Below, one piece after another: positions 12,723 to 26,342 of a stretch of DNA of 64,000 nucleotides (within the stretch, counting starts at the first letter, position 1; every line of letters starts with the position of its first letter). The notes under the pieces are model-generated. The model worked only from the letters and a program-made list of their open reading frames with translations. It was not told the DNA's origin and searched no databases. The translations under genes were made by a program, and so were the position numbers. Origin of the DNA: Octopus bimaculoides (Eukaryota). Location: assembly GCF_001194135.2 (NCBI RefSeq), contig NC_068987.1:21787161-21851160 (forward strand), given 5' to 3'.

Positions 12723-13889
12723 TCAGCATATATAGAGCCAGAATAAATGCCACAAAGCATTTTGTCGCTTACCACCTTAAATAATGATAATAAACATAAC
12801 AATAACAGTAGCAATTCATTTAAGATATCTAGTGTCCTACTTAATACTCAGTTCAAAGAAGTACATATACATAATAGTTGTGTAAGTTAGTAGCAAACAC
12901 ACTACTATATAGTCTGTTTTTAGTGGTTAAGGTCAACCAAGCATATTAAATTAAAAAATTTATCTCAAGGCTAAGAGCCCATTAGGCTGGAGCTTGTTGT
13001 GGTTTCTGTGGTATTTAAGTGACTGAGAGTAATCCCAGGTACCCACCAAAACCTTAAAAAGGACAACTGTCCTTTGCAAAGCTAATCTCAATCCTACCCA
13101 TTACTGCTCTTCCTAGTACTCGTTTTTAGCTGAGTGGATTGAAGCAATGTTAAATGAAGTTTCTTGCTCAAGGATGTAATGTACCACTTGGTCCAGGAAT
13201 CAAACACATAACTTAACTATTATGAGCACCATAGCCAATATACTACATACCTTCACAACTAAGTATAATAGGTGGTTTTAATTAACACGTTAACCACCAC
13301 ATATGCATCACTGGTGATACATTTTCGTAATTTGAGAAAATATTTTATTCTGTATTTCTGACATGGTTCTGAGGATATCTAAATAACACGAGAGCTAAAT
13401 ATTAAAGATTAATTATGAAATATTGTAGAAATGCAAAAAAAAAAAAAGAATAATAATTAATTAAATTTCCTTGTAATTAAACAGTATACAGTGTGACCAC
13501 ATGAAACATGTGGCTTTACCAGTAAGTTCCCATAACAGGCTGTAATGGTTAACATGTTAAATTTCTATTAACCATTTTTGAAAACTTAATGAGATCTAAG
13601 AAGAATGGACATAGAGATTGAATTAAATCTTTTAGAACTCACTGAACCTTTTGATACCAACTACTTGAAACTACCCTTGGTTCTATACTCTCTCTTTNNN
13701 NNNNNNNNNNNNNNNNNNNNNNNNNNNNNNNNNNNNNNNNNNNNNNNNNNNNNNNNNNNNNNNNNNNNNNNNNNNNNNNNNNNNNNNNNNNNNNNNNNNN
13801 NNNNNNNNNNNNNNNNNNNNNNNNNNNNNNNNNNNNNNNNNNNNNNNNNNNNNNNNNNNNNNNNNNNNNNNNNNNNNNNNNNNNNNNNN

Positions 13890-14188
13890 ACTTATTCTAT
13901 CGGTCTCTTTTTGCCGAACCGCTAAGTTACGGGGACGTAAACACACCAGCATCGGTTATCAAGCGATGTTGGGGGGACAAACACAGACACACAAACACAT
14001 ATATATATATATATATACATATATATGACAGGCTTCTTTCAGTTTCCGTCTACCAAATCCACTCACAAGGCTTTGGTCGGCCCGAGGCTATAGTAGAAGA
14101 CACTTGCCCAAGGTGCCATGCAGTGGGACTGAACCCGGAACCATGTGGTTGGTAAGCAAGCTACTTACCACACAGCCACTCCTGCGCC
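13890..14188 (-). mobile_element. SINE family C (tRNA head, CORE-like caccttgggcaagtgtctt segment, internal microsatellite)
   Basis: Near-identical to copies at 20187, 25799, 31987, 48630 and 58517. Confidence 0.88.
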
Positions 14189-14868
14189 TATGATACAAAT
14201 CCTCCATTTTAAATCATCTAAATTAAAAGTTTACTTCAAAATTTCAAATATCAGCTTAATAATGAAAGTTATTTTACTAAATACATCATCGTTTTCAAAA
14301 TTAACTGAAACAAATGTATTTCAATAGAAATACAATAATAAAAGGGTTGAAGGAAATCAACTAAGTTTGTTCATCAAGTTGTTAAGGTGAAGGCAGGATT
14401 ATCAGTATAGTTTGTGTACCAGGTACCTGTACTCTATGCTGTCTTAAAGCATGGGTGCACTGGGCAGTTGTCCAGGGGCCCTGAGGATCTAGTGGCCCAA
14501 TGTGAATCTATATATGCTATGGCTTGCTGTCAATAAATAATAATAATAGAGGCCCTTATACATTGCTTTGAGCAGGATCCACTCTCAGGTCCTTGTGATG
14601 AATGTACTCCTTAATTCTCAGATGACTACTGTTAATCTGGTGTTAATTTAGCAATAAATAGATAGATAATATGGTGGTGGTGGTGGTGGTAAATATTGTT
14701 GTTATTTATGTTAGGCATAAATGAATAGACCTCTGATCAAGGACATTCCAGCCATGACCATGTGAAAGCCATTGATATCAGTCCCCACTTTCTATCTCTC
14801 TTTACAGATGACAGTGAGATAATCACTTGCTGGATATACTAACCTCTCTCTATCCCTCTCTACCTTAA

Positions 14869-15079
14869 CCCTTTAGCATTTAAACCGGCCAAAAGTATTC
14901 TGCCTGTTTTATGTTCAAACTGGCAGGATCTGGTCTCTCGCACCAACCCTACAATATTGTTTTAAAAATTAACAGCTACCTCATCAAAATCTCATAGCTA
15001 CAAGATAATGTATGATTAGTTCAAAACAATGTGGATGAAAAACCATTAATTTTGGCAGAATAATGCGAACACAAAAGGG
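14869..15079. mobile_element. piggyBac-like MITE family 2
   Basis: TTAA-CCCTTT...AAAGGG-TTAA; related copies at 48384-48603 and, as a partial inverted copy, 29596-29665. Confidence 0.75.
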
Positions 15080-15659
15080 TTAAATAACTCAATTACAAGA
15101 GATGGTCATTTGGCAGTCCTACTAATCTCTCTATGTCATTTTCTTCCACTTTAGATAACTGTAGGACGATCACTTGTCAGATATACTAACCTCTCTTGCC
15201 TTCTTCCTCCCCACTCTGTCTCTATACTGTAGGTGACACCATCTCAAGAGATGGTTACTTGTTAGTCCTATTACTTTGTAATCTCTCTTTCAACCACTTG
15301 CTCAAAGATACATGCGTCGAGATAACTCTTCTGGACACATATCTGGCCTAGTAGTTAGAGCATTGAGATCATCATCATAAGGTCATGTGTTCAATTCCTG
15401 GAAAAGCATTTTGTCTGTGAACAAAACACAGCACTTCACATTGCTCCAGCTTATTCAGCTGGAAATAATTACCAGCCAAATCTTAGTGCATCGTTTTCAT
15501 TCCTCTAGCTTTCACATCCTTAATGCTTTACTAGATCAAGGTTGGGAAAACTGAGAGGGGATCTATGTCTGTTCATATCTAAATAATCACCTTAAAACAA
15601 TTAGCAACAGTATAGTAAAATCTACTATGTTATATTCACTTGTGTGTAATGGCTAAGCT

Positions 15660-16037
15660 GTGGAGGCGCAATGGCCCATTGGTTAGGGCAGCGGACTCGC
15701 GGTCATAGGATTGCAGTTTCGATTCCCAGACCGGGCGTTGTGAGTGTTTATTGAGCGAAAACACCTAAATCTCCACGAGGCTCCGGCAGGGGATGATGGC
15801 GAACCCTGCTGTACTCTTCCACCACAGCTTTCTCTTACTTCCTGTTTCTGTTGTGCCTGTGATTCAAAGGGTCAGCCTTGTCACACTGTGTCACGCTGGA
15901 TATCCCCGAGAACTACGTTAAGGGTACACATGTCTGTGGAATGCTCAGCCACTTGCACATTAATTTCATGAGCAGGCTGTTCCATTGATCGGATCAACTG
16001 GAACCCTCGTCATAACCAACGGAGTGCCAACAACAAC
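15660..16037 (+). mobile_element. SINE family A, full length
   Basis: 12-bp TSD aatggctaagct at 15648-15659 and 16038-16049; (CAA)n tail. Confidence 0.93.
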
Positions 16038-17649
16038 AATGGCTAAGCTATTTTAAGGCATGTTTGAGGAAGATTGAGCTGCTAATTTTAGCATGTCTAG
16101 CGGCTGCAGAGATGTTTCTTCCACAGTTCTCAAAAGATGGGTTATAAGGGCAAGTATTTTGTAACAAATAGTTTCAGACTTAAGATGAGTGACAAACCTC
16201 TCCAGGTGAACATGCTAATCAATAATTGCATTTTTTGTGGGGAGATCTGAGAGCAAGGTGAACTGGAGCAAGTGGAATTAAGTAGGAAAAAAATATCTAT
16301 TGAAGATTTTGAACTCAGAACCCATGAACTGGGAGTCAAATACTCAATCATCTTGGCTAGTTTAGTCTACATATCTAGAATTGAGAGACAGAGAGAGAAA
16401 AGACAAAAGCTTAAGAGAAAGAGTGAAAGAAAGACAGACATAACAGAGAGAGAGAGAGAGAAAGAGAGAGACTAACTAAATTTGCTGTGATGAAGGCTAA
16501 TTTTGTTATTTAATCTGTTTATCATTTAATCTATTTACTATCATATATAAGTATGTGTGTGTATGTATGCTGCTGTTTGAGGATTAAATCAGTAGTTAGA
16601 CATTGGTAATAACTGTGATAAGTGGTGGGTGCTGGTGTTGGCAAGATATTACCAAAATTACTCTGCCCTTGGCTTACATATCTGGTTTGACTTATATTCC
16701 TTTAGGGGCACCTAGCATAACTTCACCCCAGCCAATCAGAGAGCCCGTACATAATCACTTAACCTACCAACAATAGCCACTTCAAATTGCACCTGACTAT
16801 CTTTTAAAAAAAAGACACATTATAACATAGTTCTGATATGCTGCATCTGAAAATGAAAAGACAGGTTGATCATGGCCAGAAAACCTTCCATCATAATTCC
16901 ACTCAATCAGAACTGACTTGGAGTTAAACAATACTGTCACTCAAGCCAAAGAATATTCAACGGTGACTATCTTAGGAGTCATCAAGCACCAAAAGATGTT
17001 TCTGTGGTACTCATCTTTTTTTTTTTGTAAGTTATAATTTAATCAGAGGAGGAAGGGGCAGTGCCTACAGTCTTTGCAGCAAGCCATTCTCTAGAGTGGT
17101 GAGACTGATTTGGCTGACGCCAAGTTTGAAAATCTGTTAGTCAATATCTACAGGAAAAAAACAAAAACATGAATAGGAAGTGAATAGAGATCTAATTCCC
17201 AGTTTCTCTGACATATAAAGATCGAATCCAAACAGACTATCAAAAAATCTGTAGTGTACCCATTAATCCTTCTATGAACATTTTCATTGGAGTATTTCAT
17301 AGTTGTGACATATCCAAATTAGCTGTGGGTACTTAAGGATAGACAGATACTCAATAATCATTCATACTTATTATTGGCATTGAGTGAGAAAACGCATGTG
17401 ATCATGTCTTGTATGAATTTGGGGGCTTGCCTGGATATAGGTTTGTTTGAGTTGGACTTATCAGGAGATAAGAGCAGTGCCCATGACCCTTTACAGGGTC
17501 CCTGAGACAGGTGAGAGACAAGGAGGAAGGTATTTTCAAATCAGAGACCTGAACCAAATGCTAGCAACAGAATGGATTCCACTTAAGGCATCCAAGCTAT
17601 AAGTTTGGTTAGTCCACATTACTCAGTAACAAGAAAGGACCAGTTTCTC

Positions 17650-17840
17650 TGACAAATATGTATTCCTCCCTGGATGGGACACCAGTCCATCACAGGATTA
17701 ATCACTTTTACCAGCTGAGTGGACTGATGTGAAATGAAGTGTCTTGCTCAAGAACACAATGCATCGCCTGGCCCAGGATCCAAACCACAAGCTTACGATC
17801 ATAAATCCAACATCCTAACCACTAAGGCATGCACCTTCAC
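17650..17840 (-). mobile_element. Decayed SINE family B
   Basis: Reverse-complement similarity to 50173-50433. Confidence 0.65.
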
Positions 17841-18663
17841 CAAGCTATAAGGGGGTGGTGTTAAACTGAGATATGGATTAAATCTAATCACCCAATTACA
17901 CAATGGCAGGATTTGAACTTGGAATGCAAAGAGTAAGAACAAATACTGCAAAGAATCTAGTCTGATGTTCTTACAGTTCTGCCAATCTACTACCCTATAT
18001 TGGTACTTTCTTCTTTATCAACCCCAAAAGGATGCAAGACAAAGTTGATCTTAGTGGAATTGGATTTAGGGGCTTATTTTTATATGGGTTTTGCATGAAA
18101 TGAAAGAGAAAATACTAAGTTGTAAGGGAAGGTTCATTAATTTCATAGTAACTGTGTACTTGTGTGTTGTTGATGATATATGATAGAGGGTTTTGACATA
18201 TAGTTACATGGGTTGAACTAATGTAATAAATAGGTTGGTTGCCAGTGTTTCATTGATTTCTTCAGAACTCAATATATTTTACAGACAGTAGTGATTGACA
18301 GTAAAATATAGGAACCTGTGGATAACAGTAGTGGCCAGTAGATATTGGTGGACATCTGTATGGAACAGTTAGTAGATCTCTGTACAAGAGATGAGATATT
18401 GATAGACAAGTGTAGGGGAGAAAAGTAGATAGATGTGAGCTGTGTGGATGAGGTGGGAATACAGTTGTATGGGAATGGGAGTAGAGAGATATATGGGAGT
18501 GGGGTGAGGCACCAAATGTATGGGTTCCTTATTGGTCGGATGAATGCAGTCAGAAAATGTTGTATACCAGTCAATGAAGGTCAGTAAATTCTGATTAATG
18601 GACAAAAGGCACCATTATAGGGACAGGACCCCAAAACCAATATGTTTTTGTTGATGTACTCAC

Positions 18664-18798
18664 CTCGCAGGTTTTGGTTTTCTTTATTCATTCGAATTAA
18701 AAGCAGAGTTTCTTGTATGGCTTTCCTCCAGCGAGCTCGGGCATCCATTGTTGGTCGACAACTGACTGCCTCTTGTGATGGAGATTCATCTAAGCTAT
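18664..18798 (-). CDS. TBC1D1: TBC1D1/4 exon (YSLDESPSQ...ARWRKAIQETLLLIRMNKENQNLR)
   Basis: Acceptor attacag|AT, donor GAG|gtgagt, phase 1-1. Resembles [22 protein letters not shown] just before the TBC domain. Confidence 0.94.
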
Positions 18799-20186
18799 CT
18801 GTAATAGACAGGAGAGGGAAAGAGATTAGTAGGACCAATAAGTAACCATCTCATATTGGATAATGTAGTCCTAGATACACTATGGCTGAAGGACATATTA
18901 GATAATGTATTCTGAGGCACACTGTGATTGAAGGACACATTGGATAATGAAGTGTAACCTCCTAGTCACACTCTAGTCACTGTGACTTCACAAGTTTCAA
19001 TGTTTTGCAAACAACTTGCACATACAAGCACTAGCAGTCAAAAGCTCAGCATATTGAAAGCCAGCAAGTGTATGGGGTCATCAAGAGAGAATGCGTGTTA
19101 TACTCCTAGACCTGTATTTATACCACAGTCAATGATATCCATAACCCCCTGTTTACACCATAGTCAATATATTTCTAGCCATAGCCACTAATCTATCACT
19201 AGACATAGTTACTAAACTACTACTAGCTCCACATACACAATATTAAATACAATATGAAAGTAATAGAACTCATCAACAACAGCCAGTAAGCTGATCCTTG
19301 AACTGTATGAAAAAAAAAAATTAAAAGATTGAGCTAAGGACAATAACTCAAACAAATCAAGGATGTATGTTATTCCATGCTATAAGGGGCATCAGCAACT
19401 GCTCTTAGCTCAGTTTATATATTTTTATTGTTGAAGTATTGCCTTATGGAAATAACAAATGTAGAAAAATTTCAATGAATTGAAATCCTCCTTTTAAGTG
19501 GATTAAAAGATAGTGCCTAAAGGTATTCCCTGCATGTTAGTGACTCACAAAGAGAAAGGGAGATAATTTTAATAAATTGATTTAAAAAAAACAAACAAAT
19601 AAATCAGAAATTTAGTTTTTGTGCGTTTGTTATAATAATAATAATAACAACATTACTCACCCCTTTTTCACACCCTTGATACACAGCTAATACCAAACCC
19701 ACTTACAGTACTAATTATGTTACCAAGATAACAGAGTCTATCTACTACAGCCAGTAAGTAAGCCATTCCTTGAATAATTAGATTGCTATTATGTGGTTTA
19801 AAAGCTAAATAACAGTAGCCACTACTACTACTACTACTACCACCATCATCACAATCATAAGCAAAACATCACTTAACATCCTACCATAATATACCCCTCC
19901 TACCACTTTTTGAAAATGATAAGGAATAGTTTGAGGCAGGTTTCTGCTAAATTTAGCTGGTCAAGCAATTGTGTACAGACCCCTAATTTGCTCCTGACTA
20001 TTCTATAAACATAGCTTTCATCATGAGCCAATGAGGAAGATTATGTAGTAGTAGAATGATCTGCTAGAAATGGGCACAAAATCTCCAGATTATAACCCTG
20101 CCATCTTAATGAAGGAAAGACACAATACTGGATAATGTAGTTCTAGATATCCAAGGTTTGAATAAAATACAGAATGGTCTCTCTCT

Positions 20187-20652
20187 CTCTTTTACTCTTT
20201 TACTTGTTTCAGTCATTTGACTGCGGCCATGCTGGAGCATCGCCTTTAGTCGAGCAAATCGACCCCAGGACTTATTCTTTGGAAGCCTAGTACTTATTCT
20301 ATCAGTCTCTTTGCTGAACTGCTAAGTTACAGGGACGTAAACACACCACCATTGTTTGTCAAGCAATGTTGAGGGGGACAAACACAGACACACAAACATA
20401 TACATACATACACANNNNNNNNNNNNNNNNNNNNNNNNNNNNNNNNNNNNNNNNNNNNNNNNNNNNNNNNNNNNNNNNNNNNNNNTATACGACAGGCTTC
20501 TTTCAATTTTCGCCTACCAAATCTACTCACAAGGCTTTGGTTGGCCCGAGGCTATAGTAGAAGACACTTGCCCAAGGTGCCACGCAGTGGGAATGAACCC
20601 GGAACCATGTGGTTGGTAAGCAAGCTACTTACCACACAGCCACTCCTGCGCC
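20187..20652 (-). mobile_element. SINE family C, full length (gap in the internal microsatellite)
   Basis: Matches family C from head to the (TAAAAGAG)n tail. Confidence 0.9.
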
Positions 20653-20807
20653 TATAGCAGAAACATCTTTAATCATAAGTCTGCTCAGTTAAGGCTGATT
20701 GGGACTATATGGTAACAACCTGCCACCATGTCAAACAAAGGGAAGCATGGGAGAGATTTTATTATATGTGGGTAGAAAGGAGATAAGCAAATTGATAAGT
20801 TACTTAC

Positions 20808-20980
20808 AAGGACGTGTACTGTCGGTTGGTGTGACAACTCGGTTAAAAATGGCATGTCGCCAGGATCCTCTGCGTGTCGGTGTTGCCATAACGGAACTTT
20901 GGTCATCAAAGGATGAACAAACTGAAGACGAAGCGCTCTCAGGGGACAGCTGAGCCATACTGCTGCCAGAGATGAGAAAC
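20808..20980 (-). CDS. TBC1D1: TBC1D1/4 exon (MFLISGSS...TPTRRGSWRHAIFNRVVTPTDSTRP)
   Basis: Acceptor tctctag|G, donor CCTT|gtaagt, phase 2-1. Resembles TPRRISWRQRIFLRVASP. Confidence 0.93.
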
Positions 20981-21289
20981 CTAGAGAAAATAGAGAAATC
21001 ATAGCTGACATGGTGTTTATATATAGGAGGAAAGCAGGGAATGAAAAAGAGATAGAGTGAGAAGTGAGAGAGATAGCTAGATAGAGACAAAGATAATGAC
21101 ATCTATTAAAAGATAACAGAGAGAGAGAGAGAGAGAGAAAAAGATGAAATGAGAGAAAGGAGGGAATAAGGAATGACTGTGTGTGGGAGTTATAGAAAAT
21201 GTTTATAAAGTTGAAAGAGGAAGGAGAGAGAAATCGAGAAAGTTCACAAATGGAAAAATTTGCTGGATTAATAGACAAAAAAATATTGT

Positions 21290-22350
21290 TCAATTAACTG
21301 GCAACAAAAATGTTCTCCGATCAACAGGCATCAAAAAGTTCCTTGACTAACTAGGATTAAAAATGTCAGCCTAACATGTAACAAAAAGGTTGCAAGTGAA
21401 CAAACCTACAAAATGTTGCTAGGTTAGCAAGTAGCAAAAAGTTTCCAGTTAACAAACAGCAAAAAAATTGCTAGGTTAACAGAAAACACAAAACATTACC
21501 TTTAACTTAGGCAACATTTTATGTCAGTTTAACAGGTAACAAAAGTTGTCAATGCAACAGAATAAAAGCTGCTAATCTACAAGATACCGTAATACAAATG
21601 GTTATTAATTCAGAAAAGTGGGGAAATTAAAGCTCATTTTTGCAGACACCAAAGGTTGTTACATTAATTTACAGGTAATCAATTTTGCAAATCAAAGGTT
21701 TGACAGTCAAAATAGTTAATCCAAGGAGCAGCTGAAGTTTCTAATCAGAAAAATTGACAAAATTCTTTCTTATTGAAAACATTGACAAAGTAAAAAAAAA
21801 TGCTAATCCCCAAAAGCATTAAAATATTGCTATTTAATCTCAAAGGATAGAAAAGCACTGGTGCTAACCCAAATGACTGAAAAAAAAACATTGTTGCTAA
21901 TCTAAAAGACTTGTAAAATGTAGCTGCAAATCTATGAGATTGAAAATGTTAATATAACAAGTTTGGAGGAGAAGAGGAAACAAAATTATAGCTAAGAGGA
22001 TTGAAGAGAATATTGCTGCTAACCCAAAAGATTGGTGGGATGGTGGGCATTGTTGCTAATTCAATAGACCGGAAATAAAAATAGGAAAAAAACACAAAAA
22101 AAAACCATTGTTGCTAACCCCAAAAACATGGAGAAGAAAGAAAACATCATTGCTAAGCCAAAGGATCGACAAACACTGCTAATATATATAAAAAAAAAAT
22201 TTTAATTGCTGATAATGCAAAAAATTGAAAAGCATTGTTGCTAATGCAAAAAGTTGCAAAACAATTCAGAAGACTGAAAAAAACCCATTGTTCAACCAAA
22301 AGATTGAAAAGTATTGTAACTAAACCAGTTATAAAACTAAACATTGAAGC
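21290..22350. repeat. Degenerate A-rich minisatellite (about 27-30-bp unit, aaaagcattgttgctaacccaaaagattga-like)
   Basis: Recurrent ttgctaa(c/t)c.aaaag and caaaaagttgctaggttaac motifs over ~1 kb. Confidence 0.7.
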
Positions 22351-23989
22351 AACAGAAAAGATGGCAAGTTCAAGAAACCACTCCAAGATGCAGATCTATA
22401 ATGTCCTCCAGTTTTTATGCTTATTATGACATTAATACAGATTGTGTTTACTTCATCAAAGGAAGATGAATTGAAGTACTTTGATGTTGAGCTCTCCAAA
22501 CTCATGGAAGAATATGAACTTAACACTGGAAGATTATAGAAGCCTCATCGATCACACAGTGACTATTTCCCTCTCAATAAATTGCTAACTCTTGGTATGG
22601 TACCTATTTGACTGCCAAGTAGACTAAGCCATTGAGAGTTGTGTTGTTCTTTAGTCCAAGGTCAACATTGGTTGAACAAAGCTGTGACTAAAATATTCCA
22701 GCTATGAATATCTAAGGCTGCTTTATTTAATGTATCCTTCCTTGTTTAAGACGGTAGGGTTCAGTTTGATGTAAATTTAGTAGTTATTTCTAGCAAGTTG
22801 AATGACTATATAGGAATTCTCTTGTTGACTTTAATGTTGTTATTTAGACCCTGTTCAAAAGTGTTTGAAACAAGCAATGATCAGGGGGTGCTTCAACTGT
22901 AGCTACCCAGATGTGAGGGAGATTTGGTTGCTATTTCTACAGATACTTTGATGTTGTTATTCCCAGATAATCCCAAGACAGTCTGAATGGTAGAAGCATT
23001 CAGTCTGTGGTCTAATATAGCAACCCAATCAAGTGAAAGATATTATGAGCTAGTGAGAGAGACTTTGTAACCACTTGATTTGTTAGAAATAGGAGTCAAA
23101 TTTTCTTGCCATCTTAAGAAAAATATAAGGACACAAGAATAATATAGTTCTAGATACGTCTAAAACACAGGACGGTCATGGTTGGAATGCCTTTGATGAT
23201 AAGCTTGTTCAGTGGAAGCTGACTTGGGGAAAACAAGAATAATAACTGCAAATAAGTGTCAAATAAACAGAACTATGCCAATGAATCCAAGCTGGTTGAC
23301 TGATAAAAGTATATTGTTTCATGGTACATGGGACCTATTTTACAACTACACTGACTGAGCCATTTATAGCTGGATGTTTTTTCTCTAGATACAGCAGTGA
23401 CTGGTGCTAACCAAAGCACCTCCTCAACCTAAGCAACACTAAAGAAATGTTATTCTGAGACACATTGTCAGGGACAGGATACTGTCTCATGACAGAAAGA
23501 ATAAAATTTAAGTCTTTAATTTTTTGACTCCAAACTGTCCATTTTCTATTGCTTATATTTAAATTAAAACTTGCCACCATATTTTTATATAAAAACTCAT
23601 TGTTCAGTTAGATTCCAAATACTGAGTTACTGATAATGTCTTACAAAGGCATATGGCCAGAAATTTAAGGGGTAAAGAGAACAGTTCATTACATCAACTC
23701 CTATACTTGACTGATATCCTATTTTATCAACCACCACAAAAGGATAAAAGGCAAAGTTGATCTTGGCAGAATTTGAACTCAGAGCATAACGAATCAGAAC
23801 AAATACTGCAAGGTATTTTTTTTTTTGATGCTTTAATGACTCTGCTAATCCAAGCCTGCTCTTAAAATACCAGTTAATTATTTATTAAATCCTAGCTAAT
23901 ACTTGATTATTTTCAAAATTAATTATACATACAGGTAGTGCTCTCTTAAGGCATAGGTAAAATGTTCAGTTACCAGACGGGGAGGGATT

Positions 23990-24240
23990 TTGCATGTATA
24001 GGCCCATGGGTACAGTGATAAGTTACCTGGGAAACCCCTGTTATGTCTAGGAGTTAATGGGTAGGAGCTAATGGGTAGTTACCCCATAGAAACATGTCTA
24101 AGGGACCAAGGAAACCCTCATATGTCTAGGGGCCCATGAGTACAGACAGTGGTTACTTGGGGAAATCCAGACATTTTTAAGGGCTCATGGACACAGTGAT
24201 CAGTAAACTGAGGAAACCCTCATGTGTCAAGGAGCCCAAT
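23990..24240. repeat. Degenerate tandem repeat, unit about 50 bp
   Basis: gg(c/g)ccatgggtacagtgat...gaaaccctcatatgtcta repeated at about 24001, 24130 and 24181. Confidence 0.6.
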
Positions 24241-24959
24241 GCTAAGTTTTGTATACAGGGGTTCTGTATGTAGGGACTCACATGGGCATTGCTTTTTCCG
24301 GGCAGGAGAAGGTATAATGCTATTTATAGAACCCTGTACATAGGCAGTGTATTCCACTGGAAATACGGTAATGAAAGGGTTAAACCTATAGCTGATTGGT
24401 TGACTGAGATAGTTGTTTGTGGGGGATGCACCTATTTGTTTACTGGTTTCATTGGACTGTGGCCATATTGGGACACTGCACTGAGGGAGTTTAGTTGAAG
24501 AAATTGATTCTAGTACTCATTTTTTAAATATGGGACCTATTTTCTCATTCTCTTTTGCTGAACTGTTATGTTACATTGATGTAAACAAACCAACACGTAT
24601 TGTCGAGCACTGGGAGTGGGGGAGAGAATGGACACACACACACACAAGGATTCCACACATTTTGGTCAAACAAATTAACTTCCAAGGCATTGGTCATCTT
24701 GGTGCTATAGTAGAAGACACTTGCCCTAAGGTACTGTGCAGTGGGACTGAACTTGAAACCCCATGGCTGTGAAGCAAGCTTCTTAACCACACAGCCATGC
24801 CTGTGCCTAGTTGTATTTCTGTGATAGCAACAGAGGGATATTGAGAATTTCAGGCAGCTACAATACAATTTAAGTGGATGAAATGTCCAAATGTCAGTTG
24901 CGAAACTTAAACCCTGCCAAATTAACTCATTAACAAGGTAACAAGTTAATGAGAGAGCT

Positions 24960-25340
24960 CCTTCTGAGGTCGATTGAAATGCTAGAAATAGAAGCCAAAT
25001 CTCTCTCAAATAACATCCCACTGTCATTGTTTTAAACAGACATAAGAATGGATGGAATATCAGTGTCATTTTAGGGTCCAAGCTGGTCAAACAGTTCCTT
25101 GTGTGATTAGTTGAAGTGCTAGAAATACAAGCCAAATCTCTCTCAAAACACATCCTATTATTGTGGATGCAGACAGACAAGACTAAGAATGGCTGAAGTA
25201 TCAATTTTTCAGATGAGGGACCAAAACCCTGTCCAAATTAATTAACTAGGAAGGTAACAAGCCAGTGAGAGAGTTCTTCTTGCAAGGAACTGAAATGCTA
25301 GAAACAGCAGTCAAATCTCTCTCAAATCACATCCTACCTG
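24960..25340 (+). repeat. Three tandem fragments of dispersed repeat family F (tgctagaaatagcagccaaatctctctcaaa)
   Basis: Motif at about 24980, 25118 and 25296. The same family occurs at about 3163, 23080, 33820, 36765 and 58190, and in reverse at about 22740 and 52020. Confidence 0.7.
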
Positions 25341-25768
25341 CATGGATCCAGACAGACAGAAGACTGTAAAAATGGACAGTGTGTTGAAATGTCAGCTTAT
25401 ATAGACTGGCATCTTCCACCAAATCAACTAGCAGAGATAGTTATGAGGTAGGAATGTACCTATGTTAGTAGTCCCAGCTGGATGGCTGTACGAGCAACAA
25501 CAAAAATACAAAGACATCACTGGTGATGTCAATAATAATTCCAGACAGTCTCAAGTTGGTCTGAATGGGTTTACTTGTTTGAGCAGTTAAACAGATAAAA
25601 CAACAAGCATTCATTAAAGAGGCTGAACATCACCAATACACTCTCTCCCTGAATGTCCTTGACAACACAGTACATAACAGAGATTAAAGTCGTTGCCTAA
25701 TAAGGAGATGACATGGCTCAAGGAAAGGTGGATGTGGGGGAGAAAGGGGAGATACAGATAGATAAATA

Positions 25769-25798
<30 letters not shown>

Positions 25799-25800
<2 letters not shown>

Positions 25801-26342
25801 TCTTTTATTCGTTTCAGTCATATTTGACTGTGGCCATGCTGGAGCACCGCCTTTAGTCGAGCAAATCGACCCCAGGACTTATTCTTTGTAAGCCTAGTAC
25901 TTATTCTATTGGTCTCTTTTTGCCGAATCACTAAGTTACGGTGACGTAAACACACCAGCAACGGTTGTCAAGCAATGTTGGGGAGGACAGACACAGACAC
26001 ACAAACATATATATATATATATATATNNNNNNNNNNNNNNNNNNNNNNNNNNNNNNNNNNNNNNNNNNNNNNNNNNNNNNNNNNNNNNNNNNNNNNNNNN
26101 NNNNNNNNNNNNNNNNNNNNNNNNNNNNNNNNNNNNNNNNNNNNNNNNNNNNNNNNNNNNNNNNATATATACATATATACGACGCGCTTCTTTCAGTTTC
26201 CGTCTACCAAATCCACTCACGAGGCTTTGGTCGGCCCAAGGCTATAGTAGAAGACACTTGCCCAAGGTGCCACGTAGTGGGACTGAACCCAGAACCATGT
26301 GGTTGGTAAGCAAGCAACTTACCACACAGCCACTCCTGCGCC
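25799..26342 (-). mobile_element. SINE family C, full length (gap in the internal microsatellite)
   Basis: Matches family C. Confidence 0.9.

Noticed and set aside
20685-21293. 202-aa ORF on -
   Set aside because: Off-frame reading across the real exon plus the pyrimidine-rich intron; the true frame is that of 20800-21102.
22441-22563. Exon-like + frame IVFTSSKEDELKYFDVELSKLMEEYEL...* and overlapping Ser-rich - frame
   Set aside because: Only 40 codons, no partner exons, no recognisable family; the minus-strand reading does not fit the phase-2 intron with credible splice sites.
21290-24240. Periodic repeats as possible CRISPR arrays
   Set aside because: No conserved repeat alternating with unique spacers, no cas genes, eukaryotic intron context.
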